The notes: generated from the sequence alone by a model not told the origin. DNA of 64,000 nucleotides from an uncultured Planctomycetia bacterium (GCA_964606485.1 CAZSGP010000001.1:225085-289084), one strand, 5' to 3'; counted from the stretch's first letter, positions 8,029 to 17,919 are shown. A program made the numbers and translations.

Positions 8029-9501
8029 ATGGCTCCTGATACGACTACGGCGCAGTTTGAAATGCGCGAAGTAGGGCATTTAAAATCCATTAAGCGCTTT
8101 ATTGCTGTGACCGACGACTTGAACTCCTGTATCAATGGCCAGCTCGTGGAGTTTGAAAAAGGAGCGCGCGGCATTGTCATGGGATTTACACACGACAAAA
8201 TTCAAATTTTAGTTCTAGGGCCCACCCAAGGAATCCGTTTGGGGGACGAAATTTATAATCGCGGCGAGTCCTTCAATCTCCCAGTGGGTGAAAAATTTAA
8301 AGGCCGCGTGGTGACCGCTCTCTGCGAGCCAGCGGACGGGCTCGGACCCATTCATGCAGATGACCGGTACCCGGTTTTTCAAGACGCACCCGGCATTATT
8401 GACCGCGAACAGCTCACCGAAACCATGGAAACCGGAACATTTGCGCTCGATGCCGGTATTCCTATTGCCAAAGGACAGCGCCAGCTTTTAATCGGCGACC
8501 GTGGAACGGGAAAAACAACAATCGGCATTGACGCCATTCTCAATCAAAAGGGAAAAGGTGTTATCTGTATTTATTGCGTGATTGGGAAACCGTATTCGAG
8601 CCTTGTCAAAACCTTAGGTCTCCTTCATGAACAGGGGGCGATGGAGCACACGATTGTCGTGAGTGCGGTCGCATCGACCTCTCCTGGTGAGCAGTACATC
8701 GCGCCGTACACTGCGGCGATGCTGGGCGAATATTTCATGAAATCCGGTCGTGATGTGCTTTGCATTTTTGACGATCTCACGAAGCACGCGTGGGTTTACC
8801 GACAAATTTCACTGCTCCTCGAGCGACCTCCGGGTCGCGAAGCGTATCCGGGTGACATTTTTTATATTCACTCTCAACTTTTAGAGCGCGCCGGGCGATT
8901 CACCAAAGATTTAAAGGGCGGTTCGATGACATTTTTACCGATTGTCGAAGTGCTGCAGGGGGACGTGACGGGTTACATCCCCACCAATATTATTTCCATC
9001 ACCGACGGGCAAACGTATTTTTCGACGAACCTTTATAACAAAGGCCACAAGCCCCCGATCGATTTCGGTTTGTCGGTGTCGCGTATTGGAAATAAGGGAC
9101 AGTGGTCGGCCATGAAAGACGTGTCGAAGAGTCTCCGCTTGGAATACCTTCAGTACCAGGAAATGCTTCAGATGACTCAGCTTCGCTCCGGAGGCCTTTC
9201 AAAAGACTCGGAGGCGCGTTTAAAGCGCGGGGAAGCGCTGACGCAGCTTTTAGTGCAGACCAAAAATAAACCGGTTTCTATTCCAGAACAAGTGTTTTTT
9301 TTAATTGCGCTCGGAAAAGGGGTTCTTGACCCGCTTCCTGCGGCACAGATCAAAAAATTTAAAGTGGAAATTTCCGACTTCGTCGATAAAAAAGACCCTG
9401 CAATTTTAAAAGAGCTCAACGAAACAAAAAAACTAACGGACGCAAACAAAGAAAAAATCGTGAACTGTTTAAAGCAGTATTTTGAAAGCGTGGGAGGCTA
9501 A
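8029..9501 (+). CDS. atpA: F-type ATPase alpha subunit.
   Basis: P-loop 'GDRGTGKTTIGIDAILNQKG' and overall F1-alpha architecture. The internal Met at 8029 was chosen because the upstream 36 codons look non-native. Confidence 0.9.
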   Translation: MAPDTTTAQFEMREVGHLKSIKRFIAVTDDLNSCINGQLVEFEKGARGIVMGFTHDKIQILVLGPTQGIRLGDEIYNRGESFNLPVGEKFKGRVVTALCEPADGLGPIHADDRYPVFQDAPGIIDREQLTETMETGTFALDAGIPIAKGQRQLLIGDRGTGKTTIGIDAILNQKGKGVICIYCVIGKPYSSLVKTLGLLHEQGAMEHTIVVSAVASTSPGEQYIAPYTAAMLGEYFMKSGRDVLCIFDDLTKHAWVYRQISLLLERPPGREAYPGDIFYIHSQLLERAGRFTKDLKGGSMTFLPIVEVLQGDVTGYIPTNIISITDGQTYFSTNLYNKGHKPPIDFGLSVSRIGNKGQWSAMKDVSKSLRLEYLQYQEMLQMTQLRSGGLSKDSEARLKRGEALTQLLVQTKNKPVSIPEQVFFLIALGKGVLDPLPAAQIKKFKVEISDFVDKKDPAILKELNETKKLTDANKEKIVNCLKQYFESVGG

Positions 9502-10358
9502 TGCTCCCAGCAACGTTCATCAAGCGGCAGATTGATTTCAATAAACAATTCCGCTCGCTCTTGGACGTGATGAAACTTGTGGCCGTATCCCAGTACCATA
9601 TTTTGGAAAAAAAGCTTCAGTATTTTGATTTGTTCGGTGAAGTGCTCACAGAGTTTTTTGATTCGATTGATGTGAGCCGTGTGAATCACCCTTTTTTAAA
9701 CGGGGGAGACAAGCCGGTAGGGGTTTTGGCGATCACGTCCGACGGGGGACTTTTAGGTGGCATGAACATGCAGGTCATTGCAAAGGCGGTGGATATTTTG
9801 TCGCGTCAGCCAGGAAAGCTGATCATCGTGGGGGAACGTGGACAGATTTATGCGCAGGGTTTTGGAATGTCCTTCACCTACTTTACCGGGATCATCGACA
9901 ACGAGCGCTACGCGCAGGCGATGACGGTGCGGGATTATGTGACGCAGGAAATTTTAAATGGAAATTTAGGGGGATTAAAAGTGGTGTTTCCGAGAGCGTT
10001 GTCGCTCGTGATGAATAAAATTGAAGTCGAGACGCTCGTACCCTTTACGCGTAAAGACGCCGAGGGTGCCGCGCCTAAAACTGGCGGAAGTCTAGCGCAA
10101 GTGATTTTAGAAACGCGCCCTGAAGACATTGCGGAATACTTGGTTTACTTGTACGTAGGGGAGCGGCTATACGAAGTGTTTGGCATGGCGCGACTCGCCG
10201 AACAAGCGGCACGTTTTGTGCACTTGGAAGAAAGCTGTCAAAAAATTCAGGATATGAACAATAAATTGCTCCTTCAGTATTTTAAACGACGTCATGAAAT
10301 TATCGATTCCAATATGCGCGAACTTTTTTCCGCAAAGAAAGCTTATGCCGATGGCTGA
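9501..10358 (+). CDS. atpG: F-type ATPase gamma subunit.
   Basis: 285 aa, gamma-like N- and C-terminal helices ('...LYVGERLYEVFGMARLAEQAARFVHLEES...'). It overlaps the alpha stop by 1 nt and the beta start by 8-14 nt. Confidence 0.8.
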   Translation: MLPATFIKRQIDFNKQFRSLLDVMKLVAVSQYHILEKKLQYFDLFGEVLTEFFDSIDVSRVNHPFLNGGDKPVGVLAITSDGGLLGGMNMQVIAKAVDILSRQPGKLIIVGERGQIYAQGFGMSFTYFTGIIDNERYAQAMTVRDYVTQEILNGNLGGLKVVFPRALSLVMNKIEVETLVPFTRKDAEGAAPKTGGSLAQVILETRPEDIAEYLVYLYVGERLYEVFGMARLAEQAARFVHLEESCQKIQDMNNKLLLQYFKRRHEIIDSNMRELFSAKKAYADG

Positions 10359-11757
10359 GGATAAGAAAATTTTAACGCCGGGAAAAGTAGTGGGTGTTCA
10401 AGGTCCCGTGGTGGACGTGCGGTTTACCCTTCAAAAGGACGTGCCCGATATTTACAACGTCATTCATGTTCAGTCCATGGACAACCGAAAAGTAACGCTT
10501 GAAGTCGTGGAGCATTTGCCTGGAAATTTAGCGCGCTGTATCGCCATCGAATCCACTCAAAATCTTCAGCGTTTTGCCGTGGGCCAACCGTCTGGAAAAC
10601 CCGTTGAAATTCCGGTCGGGGACTGTCTTTATACGCGCTGCGTGAATGTGCTCGGCCAGCCCATCGACAAAATGGGTCCGATTGAGTCTAATCTTTACAT
10701 GCCTATCCGCCGGCCGGAGTCGGGCACGCGAGTTCCGGACTTTAGTAAACAAAAGCGCCGTGGCGAAGAAGTGCTAGAAACGGGTATTAAAATTATCGAT
10801 CTGCTTTACCCGCTCGTCAAAGGAACAAAAACGGGGATCTTAGGGGGAGCGGGTCTTGGAAAAAGCGTTATCACGCTCGAAGTCATTCACCACGTCGTGC
10901 AAAAACATCAGGGTTCGTGCGTTTTTGCGGGTATCGGAGAGCGCTTGCGCGAAGGAAACGAACTTTTTTATGAACTGCGTGAACATGATCTTCACACCAA
11001 AACCATGCTCGTGTTTGGACAGATGAATGACCCGCCCGGCGCGCGTTTCGGTGTGGCTATGACCGGAATCACCATGGCTGAAGCCGTGCAAAAACAAAAC
11101 AAAGACGTGATCTTCTTTGCCGACAACGTGTTTCGTTTTATTCAAGCCGGAGCCGAAATTTCGACCCTGCTTGGCCGCGTGCCGTCCGAAACAGGGTATC
11201 AACCGACACTCATTTCCGAGTCGAGCGAATTTCATGAACGCATCCGCGAAGGGCAGGGCACCGGCGGATCGATCACCTCTATTGAAGCCGTTTACGTTCC
11301 CGCCGACGACATGACCGACCCTGCCGTCGTGGCCATCTTCTCATTTTTAAATTCTTTAATGGTGCTTTCCCGCGAACGCGTGCAGATGGGACTTTACCCA
11401 GCGATTGACCCGCTTCAATCGTCCTCGTCTAATTTAGATCCGGACGTGGTGGGCCAGCGCCATTACGACGCCTCCCAAGAAGTTATGCGCGTGTTCCAAA
11501 AATACGAAGAACTCCGCCGCATCGTTATGGTGATCGGAATCGACGAATTGTCCAAAGCCGACCGTACGATTTACGAACGCGCCCGGAAAATGCAATTTTT
11601 TCTGACTCAGCCTTTCGCCGTAGCAGAACGCTACACCGGCAAAAAGGGCGAGCACGTCCCCATCCGCAACACGCTAGATGGCTGTGAAAGAATATTATCT
11701 GGTAAAATGGACCGCAAACCTGAGCAAGAGTTTTACATGATCGGATCATTGGTTTGA
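10351..11757 (+). CDS. atpD: F-type ATPase beta subunit (catalytic).
   Basis: Walker A 'GGAGLGKSV', 'VFAGIGERLREGNELF' and DELS motif 'DELSKADR'. The start is at MAEDKK (10351) or MPMAEDKK (10345). Confidence 0.9.
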   Translation: MAEDKKILTPGKVVGVQGPVVDVRFTLQKDVPDIYNVIHVQSMDNRKVTLEVVEHLPGNLARCIAIESTQNLQRFAVGQPSGKPVEIPVGDCLYTRCVNVLGQPIDKMGPIESNLYMPIRRPESGTRVPDFSKQKRRGEEVLETGIKIIDLLYPLVKGTKTGILGGAGLGKSVITLEVIHHVVQKHQGSCVFAGIGERLREGNELFYELREHDLHTKTMLVFGQMNDPPGARFGVAMTGITMAEAVQKQNKDVIFFADNVFRFIQAGAEISTLLGRVPSETGYQPTLISESSEFHERIREGQGTGGSITSIEAVYVPADDMTDPAVVAIFSFLNSLMVLSRERVQMGLYPAIDPLQSSSSNLDPDVVGQRHYDASQEVMRVFQKYEELRRIVMVIGIDELSKADRTIYERARKMQFFLTQPFAVAERYTGKKGEHVPIRNTLDGCERILSGKMDRKPEQEFYMIGSLV

Positions 11758-11776
11758 TAAACCACAAAGGAAAAAT

Positions 11777-12232
11777 ATGCTTCTAGGAGAACGCTTAGTC
11801 AGACTCGGTAAAATTACCGAAGATCAATTGAATGAAGCGCTGACAGAGCAAAAAAATACGAGTGAGTTTTTGGGGAATATTTTGCTCCGGCGTGCTTGGA
11901 TTCGTGAAGACGACTTAACCGAAGTTTTATCCGAGCAGTTCGAGATGCCTTTTATGAAACTCAAGAACGAGTATCTTGACTGGAATTTGATTTTGACATT
12001 TTCGTCAACACTTGTCGTAGAACACAAATGCGTCCCCTTTCGAAAAGACGAAAAAGGGTACACGGTTGCGATCACCAATCCTTTAGACGCGATGGCTATC
12101 AGTGAGGCAGAGAAGCTGGCGCAAAGGGGAGACCGGGTTTCGATTGTTTTGGTGACGCCCAGTCAGATGCATACGGTGATTCGTGAGTATCAAAAACGTT
12201 TATCCGATAAAATAAAAGGACTATTGGGGTAA
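11777..12232 (+). CDS. Stand-alone MshEN/T2SSE_N domain protein (GspE N-terminal domain, a likely c-di-GMP-binding module).
   Basis: 'LGERLVRLGKITEDQLNEALTEQ' fits the MshEN motif RLG..L(V/I)..G.I....L..AL..Q. A good RBS lies 20 nt after the atpD stop. Confidence 0.65.
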   Translation: MLLGERLVRLGKITEDQLNEALTEQKNTSEFLGNILLRRAWIREDDLTEVLSEQFEMPFMKLKNEYLDWNLILTFSSTLVVEHKCVPFRKDEKGYTVAITNPLDAMAISEAEKLAQRGDRVSIVLVTPSQMHTVIREYQKRLSDKIKGLLG

Positions 12233-12238
12233 AAGCGC

Positions 12239-14404
12239 GTGATTACTAAAATTGACACCACGCTCGTCAAACTTCTCGTCGAAAAAAATTTAATCGACCA
12301 GGAAACACTTTCGCCCTTTATCGAAGAAGCGGGAAAATCCAAAGACAATCTTTATGTGCTCCTTTTGCGCTCCGGAAAATTTCCAGAAGAGCGTTTGCTT
12401 TTAGGGCTTTCAGAGGCAATGAAAGTTCCGCTGGTGGAGCTTGGGTCTAAGCAGCCGGACACCACGGTGATTGAAAAAGTACCGCTTAAGATTGCCGAGT
12501 ACTATAAACTCGTTCCGCTCAAAATCGAAAATCGAAGGCTCACTATTGCCATTTCAGCGCCCTTTGATGTCCGCACCCAAGATGACATTCACACTCATTT
12601 GGGCTTTGATCTGGACCTGGTTTTAGCCAGAGAGAAAGATGTCTTAGACGCCATTAAACGTTTCTACGGATTCGCGACCGGAACCATCAATGAAATGATC
12701 GCGTCCGGTTCAGATATTGCGACAACCCTGCCGGACCGCGCTTTTGAAGCCGTGGAAAACATTGAAAAGCTCGCCGGTGACGCATCGATTGCAAAGCTTG
12801 TGAATCAGATTATTCTAGAGGCATTTCGAAAACGCGCGACCGATATTCACTTAGAGCCTTACCGCGGAAAAGTAAAACTACGCTACCGCATTGACGGCAC
12901 GCTGTACAACGCGAACGTTCCGCCTGAAATTGGCCGTTTTATTTTGCCTATTTTGTCGCGCATTAAAATCATGTCGAATTTAAACATCGTCGAAAAACGT
13001 CTCCCGCAAGACGGGCGCGCGATTGTAAAAATTGAAGACACTCAGCTTGACCTTCGCGTGTCCTCGATCCCCACGCCTTACGGCGAAAGTGTGGTGGTGA
13101 GAATGCTCCCCATGAACCGCGTGATCAGTCTCACTCAACTCGGGCTCGGCAACCGGGAACTCAATTTATTTCAGACGATGATTAAAAAACCACACGGAAT
13201 TATTTTTATCACGGGTCCGACCGGCAGCGGAAAAAGCACGACTCTTTACGCGTGTCTCAATCAGCTCAACTCCGACGACCGGAAAATTATCACGATTGAA
13301 GATCCGGTTGAATACGAAATGGAGGGCGTCACTCAAATTCAAGTGGCCGGCAACATTGGCCTTGATTTTGCAAAAGGTTTGCGCAGTATCCTGCGTCATG
13401 ACCCAGACGTCATCATGGTGGGAGAGGTTCGCGATCTCGAGACTGCTGAAACAGCCATCCGCGTCGCACTCACCGGACATCTTGTTTTTTCAACGCTTCA
13501 CACCAACGATTCGGCAAGCTCTGTTACGCGTTTAGTGGATATTGGTGTTGAGCCGTATCTTGTTTCCTCGAGCGTTGAAGCGTTTATTGCTCAGCGACTT
13601 GTGCGAACGATTTGTTCGCATTGTAAACAAGAAGACAAGACGATGACGCAGTACGAAGCCAAAAAATTAATCGCCAAAGAAACGGACACCAAAGTAGACG
13701 ATGTGCGGCTTTTTTATGGCAAAGGATGCAATCAGTGCAATAACACTGGCTTCTGGGGACGCGTGGCCATTTATGAAATTCTTCTCATGAACGACAAGTT
13801 GAGAGATCTTGTGATGCAGAAAGCGTCGGCGGAAGAAATTAAAAAACTAGCCGTGGCTCAAGGCATGCGCACGCTTCGCCAGGATGGTTGGGAAAAAGTG
13901 TTGGCCGGTGTCACGACGCCGGAAGAAATTTTAAAAGTAGCCCCGGCAGATAAGGCAGGGGAGATTCTCTCGCCCGAACTTAGATCTGAAGAACCCGTTT
14001 CCACGAAGGAAGCAGCGGAAAATATTATTTCCCGTTACAACGATCGCCGTCAATTTGAACGCTTAAAAGACACGGTGAATATTCGTTACCGGATTATCAA
14101 ATCCAAAGACCCGATTCGCAAAATGGCTCCGAGCTCCGAAGAGTACACCGTCACGAAAGACGTGTCTGCGGGCGGACTACTGCTTGTCACGCGAGAAAGT
14201 ATTCCGGTCGGATCGATACTCGAGCTAAAAGTAGAATTGCCCGACGGACCCCCAGCTATTGAATGTTTAGCGAAGGTGATGCGCGAAGAGGAGCTCGTCA
14301 AAGAAAATATGTTTCAGCTCGGCATTTGCTTTTTAGATCTCACGGGTTCTCAGCGAGCGCGTTTGTTCAAGTATGTTGAGACGGAAGGCGGAGTGGCCGC
14401 ATGA
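12239..14404 (+). CDS. gspE: Type II secretion / type IV pilus assembly ATPase (GspE/PilB family) with a C-terminal PilZ domain.
   Basis: T2SSE_N N-terminal domain. Walker A 'GPTGSGKST', Walker B 'DPDVIMVGEVRD', His-box 'LVFSTLHTNDSAS' and tetracysteine 'CSHCK...CNQCNNTG'. C-terminal extension with PilZ motifs 'DRRQFER' and 'DVSAGGLLL'. Probable GTG start. Confidence 0.9.
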   Translation: MITKIDTTLVKLLVEKNLIDQETLSPFIEEAGKSKDNLYVLLLRSGKFPEERLLLGLSEAMKVPLVELGSKQPDTTVIEKVPLKIAEYYKLVPLKIENRRLTIAISAPFDVRTQDDIHTHLGFDLDLVLAREKDVLDAIKRFYGFATGTINEMIASGSDIATTLPDRAFEAVENIEKLAGDASIAKLVNQIILEAFRKRATDIHLEPYRGKVKLRYRIDGTLYNANVPPEIGRFILPILSRIKIMSNLNIVEKRLPQDGRAIVKIEDTQLDLRVSSIPTPYGESVVVRMLPMNRVISLTQLGLGNRELNLFQTMIKKPHGIIFITGPTGSGKSTTLYACLNQLNSDDRKIITIEDPVEYEMEGVTQIQVAGNIGLDFAKGLRSILRHDPDVIMVGEVRDLETAETAIRVALTGHLVFSTLHTNDSASSVTRLVDIGVEPYLVSSSVEAFIAQRLVRTICSHCKQEDKTMTQYEAKKLIAKETDTKVDDVRLFYGKGCNQCNNTGFWGRVAIYEILLMNDKLRDLVMQKASAEEIKKLAVAQGMRTLRQDGWEKVLAGVTTPEEILKVAPADKAGEILSPELRSEEPVSTKEAAENIISRYNDRRQFERLKDTVNIRYRIIKSKDPIRKMAPSSEEYTVTKDVSAGGLLLVTRESIPVGSILELKVELPDGPPAIECLAKVMREEELVKENMFQLGICFLDLTGSQRARLFKYVETEGGVAA

Positions 14405-15654
14405 TTTATTCGTACCGGGCTAAAAAAGGGCCCAAAGAGCTCGTAGAAGGAACGATAGAAGCGCTGACTGTCGAGGATGCGATTGAGCGGCTCAGCGAAA
14501 AAGGGCTTTTGCCAATCGACGTTCAAGAAGCTAAAGTTCAAGCGGTCGAAGCGCCGAGTCCCCGCGCATCGACGAAGCCTTTACCGCGCAGTCAGCCGGG
14601 CCGCATTACACTTTTTGGAGGGATACGGTCGTCCGAGATCACTGTTCTTTCCCGGCAATTGGCGAGCCTGCTCAAAGCGGGCGTGCCTATTTTGCAAGGT
14701 CTTTGGATTTTGTCCGAACAAACTCAAAATCCGAAACTTAAAAAAGTTTTGACGCACATTCAAGAAGAGGTTAATAACGGTAAATCTCTCTCAGCGATTT
14801 TTTCGCTCTACCCAAAATATTTTCCTCCTATTTACATTGCCATGATTCGCACCGGAGAAGATAGCGGCACGCTTGACTCGGCCCTTTCTCGAATTGCCGA
14901 ATACCGCCGCAAACAGGAAGAAATGCGCTCGCGTGTTCTTTCGGCGATGGCGTACCCGATTCTCATGGCCATCACCGGAGCGGGAACCGTGATATTTATG
15001 CTCACGTTCGTGATTCCAAAGCTAACCAAACTATTTGCAAATTTAGGCCAGAGTCTGCCGGCTCCCACGCGCATTCTGATGACGATGAGTGAATTTTTAA
15101 AACAGCCGGCATTTTGGGGTGTGATCGGCATTCTTGTTGTGGCATTTAATTTATGGGTAAGACTTGCTCCGCAAATGGCACGCGCGGCGTGGAGCGCATT
15201 TAGTTTGAAATTGCCCATCATTAAAGGATTTGTGATGAAATCCGAGATGGCGCGTTTTTCAAGAACCATGGAGCTTCTTTTAAAATCGGGCGTCACGGTT
15301 TTAAGAGCCATTGAAATTACGACGCCGGTTTTAAAGAATGTAATTTTGCGCGCTGAATTTTCAAAGGCCTACCAATCCATCACCGGGGGAGGGTCGCTCG
15401 GAAAATCTTTAAAGGAATCCAAAATAGTGCCGATGTTTGTTTCAAACCTGATCTCGATTGGCGAAGAATCCGGAAAATTAGACGACACAATGAGCGAAAT
15501 CGCGGACTTATATGAACGCGAAACCGACGAGGCGATCCGCGTGATGACCTCGCTGATGGAACCGCTGATGATTTTAGTGATGGGCGGCATTGTGGGTTTT
15601 ATTGTGATTGCGATGATGTTGCCGATGTTTGAATTGAATATGGCAGTTAAATGA
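14401..15654 (+). CDS. gspF: T2SS/T4P platform protein (GspF/PilC family).
   Basis: Duplicated GspF domain architecture with three TM segments. The 4-nt start/stop overlap with gspE is typical. Confidence 0.9.
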   Translation: MIYSYRAKKGPKELVEGTIEALTVEDAIERLSEKGLLPIDVQEAKVQAVEAPSPRASTKPLPRSQPGRITLFGGIRSSEITVLSRQLASLLKAGVPILQGLWILSEQTQNPKLKKVLTHIQEEVNNGKSLSAIFSLYPKYFPPIYIAMIRTGEDSGTLDSALSRIAEYRRKQEEMRSRVLSAMAYPILMAITGAGTVIFMLTFVIPKLTKLFANLGQSLPAPTRILMTMSEFLKQPAFWGVIGILVVAFNLWVRLAPQMARAAWSAFSLKLPIIKGFVMKSEMARFSRTMELLLKSGVTVLRAIEITTPVLKNVILRAEFSKAYQSITGGGSLGKSLKESKIVPMFVSNLISIGEESGKLDDTMSEIADLYERETDEAIRVMTSLMEPLMILVMGGIVGFIVIAMMLPMFELNMAVK

Positions 15655-16535
15655 ATGCAAAACAATCGCAAAACGTCGACGGGTCCTGCCGGCGGTTGTC
15701 CGTTCGGAACCACCTGCGGTGGCTTCCGAGACGGACGCCTACCGCCGTCACCCCTCGACGTTTCGCGATTTTAAGCATTCTCGCTCTATCGATCTGCTGG
15801 TGTTTGGGGGTAGGGGCAGCCGACTGGCAAGAAGTCAAAGGCGATCACTTCATCGTGTATTACATGCAGAACGAGAAGTTCGCCAAAGACACAGCGCATA
15901 AAGCCGAGCAGTATTATGTGAGCATTGCCGACGAACTGGGGTATCCGCGCTACTCCAATTTTTGGCAGTGGGATAACCGGGTTAAAATTTATATTTACCC
16001 AACCCAAGCGGATTATTTAAAGGGGTCGGGCGAGCCAGCGTGGTCGAAGGGCTTCGCGCGCTACAAAACGAAGGACATTTTGACGTATGAGTGGAGCGAC
16101 AGTTTTTTAGAAGCTTTGCTCCCGCATGAAATTACCCATTTAATTTTTAGGGATTTTGTTGGATTCAAAGGCGAAATTCCTCTCTGGATGGACGAGGGGG
16201 TTGCGCAGTGGCAGGAGCCTAAGAAACGGGAAGCTGCCAAAGAAATTGCGAGATATCTTTTAAAGAACCAAAAAGCATTTACGTTTGAATCGCTGATGCA
16301 AATGGACATTCGCGGTTCAAAAAATGAAGAAGAAGTTTACAATTTTTACATGCAATCGGTGACGATTGTGGATTTTATGGTCAAGCGCTACGGCGCGCAA
16401 AGTTTTACCGAGTTCTGCCGGCAGTTGCGGGATGGGAAATCGCTGAATGAAGCTTTGCGGTTTGCTTACCCTGCATCGGGCGGGAATATTGAAAATTTGG
16501 AGAAAGAATGGAAAAAAGTCGTGATGGAGGAATGA
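15651..16535 (+). CDS. Membrane-anchored HExxH-motif protein (putative zinc metallopeptidase-like) embedded in the secretion/pilus operon.
   Basis: Arg-rich N-terminus, then one TM ('FAILSILALSICWCLGVGAA'). 'LPHEITHLIF' HExxH motif. ATGA overlap with the gspF stop. Confidence 0.5.
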   Translation: MNAKQSQNVDGSCRRLSVRNHLRWLPRRTPTAVTPRRFAILSILALSICWCLGVGAADWQEVKGDHFIVYYMQNEKFAKDTAHKAEQYYVSIADELGYPRYSNFWQWDNRVKIYIYPTQADYLKGSGEPAWSKGFARYKTKDILTYEWSDSFLEALLPHEITHLIFRDFVGFKGEIPLWMDEGVAQWQEPKKREAAKEIARYLLKNQKAFTFESLMQMDIRGSKNEEEVYNFYMQSVTIVDFMVKRYGAQSFTEFCRQLRDGKSLNEALRFAYPASGGNIENLEKEWKKVVMEE

Positions 16536-16948
16536 TGATGAAGAACAATAAAAGTGGTTTTACCCTGATCGAATTGATGCTCGTGGTTATTATTATCGGC
16601 GCGCTCGTGGCGATGGTGATGCCGCGTTTAGCCGGTCGTTCCGAGCAAGCCAAAACAGCGGCCGCTCAAGCGGATATCAGTGCCAATATTGCAACCGCTC
16701 TCAAGTTGTACGAGCTCGATAACGGGCACTATCCCGGAACGGATGAGGGCGGACTAAGCGCGCTGCAAACCAAGCCCGGCAACGCTAATAATTGGAAGGG
16801 TCCTTATATTGAAAAGAAGCCTCTGGATCCATGGGGCCGTGAATATCAATACAAGTGTCCGGGCCAACACCGCACTTATGATTACGATCTCTATTCTCTG
16901 GGTCCTGACGGCCAGGAAAGCACGGATGATCCCAAAAACTGGCAATAA
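16532..16948 (+). CDS. gspG: Major pseudopilin (GspG / type IV pilin-like).
   Basis: Class III signal 'KSGFTLIELMLVVIIIGAL' with G|F cleavage and Glu+5. C-terminal GspG-like 'GPYIEKKPLDPWGREYQY'. Confidence 0.85.
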   Translation: MMMKNNKSGFTLIELMLVVIIIGALVAMVMPRLAGRSEQAKTAAAQADISANIATALKLYELDNGHYPGTDEGGLSALQTKPGNANNWKGPYIEKKPLDPWGREYQYKCPGQHRTYDYDLYSLGPDGQESTDDPKNWQ

Positions 16949-17321
16949 GGGGTTTACGCTCGTTGAGCTGATGGTCACGGTGTCCGTTTTGTCTTTGGGC
17001 CTCGTGCTTATCAACGGGTCTTTGCTTCGGATTGCGGACTTGCTAAGCCGCTACAATAATTCACTTGCAGGTTACCGCTGGATGAACGAAAAAATCTGGG
17101 AGTCCAAAGAAGCTTTGTTTTATTCTGAGGAGCCCTCTTCCAGTACCAGTGGTACTGGTGTGATGTCCTTAAACCGAAAGGATGCTTATTGGGTGTTGAG
17201 AGATGAAGATGTTGCCGGTGCCAAAGGAACGCATCTGCTCGACTTGTCTCTCGGGTGGCAACAGGGGCAGGAATTTATTAAGATTACGAAAACGTGTTAT
17301 GCCTCCAGGTCGACGACCTAG
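16926..17321 (+). CDS. Minor pseudopilin (GspH/I-like).
   Basis: 'NKGFTLVELMVTVSVLSLGL' prepilin signal. The internal Met start overlaps the gspG 3' end. Confidence 0.7.
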   Translation: MIPKTGNKGFTLVELMVTVSVLSLGLVLINGSLLRIADLLSRYNNSLAGYRWMNEKIWESKEALFYSEEPSSSTSGTGVMSLNRKDAYWVLRDEDVAGAKGTHLLDLSLGWQQGQEFIKITKTCYASRSTT

Positions 17322-17916
17322 ACTTACCGGTGGATGCGCGGGATTTTCTCTCGTCGAGCTTCTCATCGTTGTTACGCTTGTTCCGATTATTTCTTTAGCG
17401 ATATTTTTTTGTTTCCGCAACTCTACGCTTTTATGGCAGACCTTAAATCAAGAGATGCCCGAAGAAAATATCGCTATTTTTAATCTTCGCGCCGAAACGG
17501 ATTTTAGACAAGCGCTGAGGTATAAAACCATTCCATTTTTTGGATCCGCTCAAGAAGTCTCTTTTGCGGATTATGTTCAAACTCTCGAAACCGTTGGGGG
17601 CGAACACGGAATCGGGGAAGTGAAATACCGCTACGATGAAACGAAGCAGATCGTGATTCGTGAAGAGAGGAATATGAGCGATCTCCACACTCAAAAGCTT
17701 AGAATGTCGAAGGTTGTTTTGCAAAACGTCGACAATTTTTTACTCAGCTACTTAGGGAAGAACGAGCAGACTCACCAGTATGTTTGGCACGAAGAGTGGC
17801 AGCAGCCCGGACGCAAGAGTCTTCCGTGCGCCGTGAAACTTGACTATACCCAAACCACCAGTTTGGGCAATCAGACTTACACCGCCGTTTTTGAAATTCC
17901 GACGGGCGAAGGCTAA
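17299..17916 (+). CDS. Minor pseudopilin (GspJ-like).
   Basis: 'AGFSLVELLIVVTLVPIISLAIFF' prepilin signal. The start was chosen at the internal Met upstream of the signal. Confidence 0.65.
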   Translation: MPPGRRPRLTGGCAGFSLVELLIVVTLVPIISLAIFFCFRNSTLLWQTLNQEMPEENIAIFNLRAETDFRQALRYKTIPFFGSAQEVSFADYVQTLETVGGEHGIGEVKYRYDETKQIVIREERNMSDLHTQKLRMSKVVLQNVDNFLLSYLGKNEQTHQYVWHEEWQQPGRKSLPCAVKLDYTQTTSLGNQTYTAVFEIPTGEG

Positions 17917-17919
17917 GGC

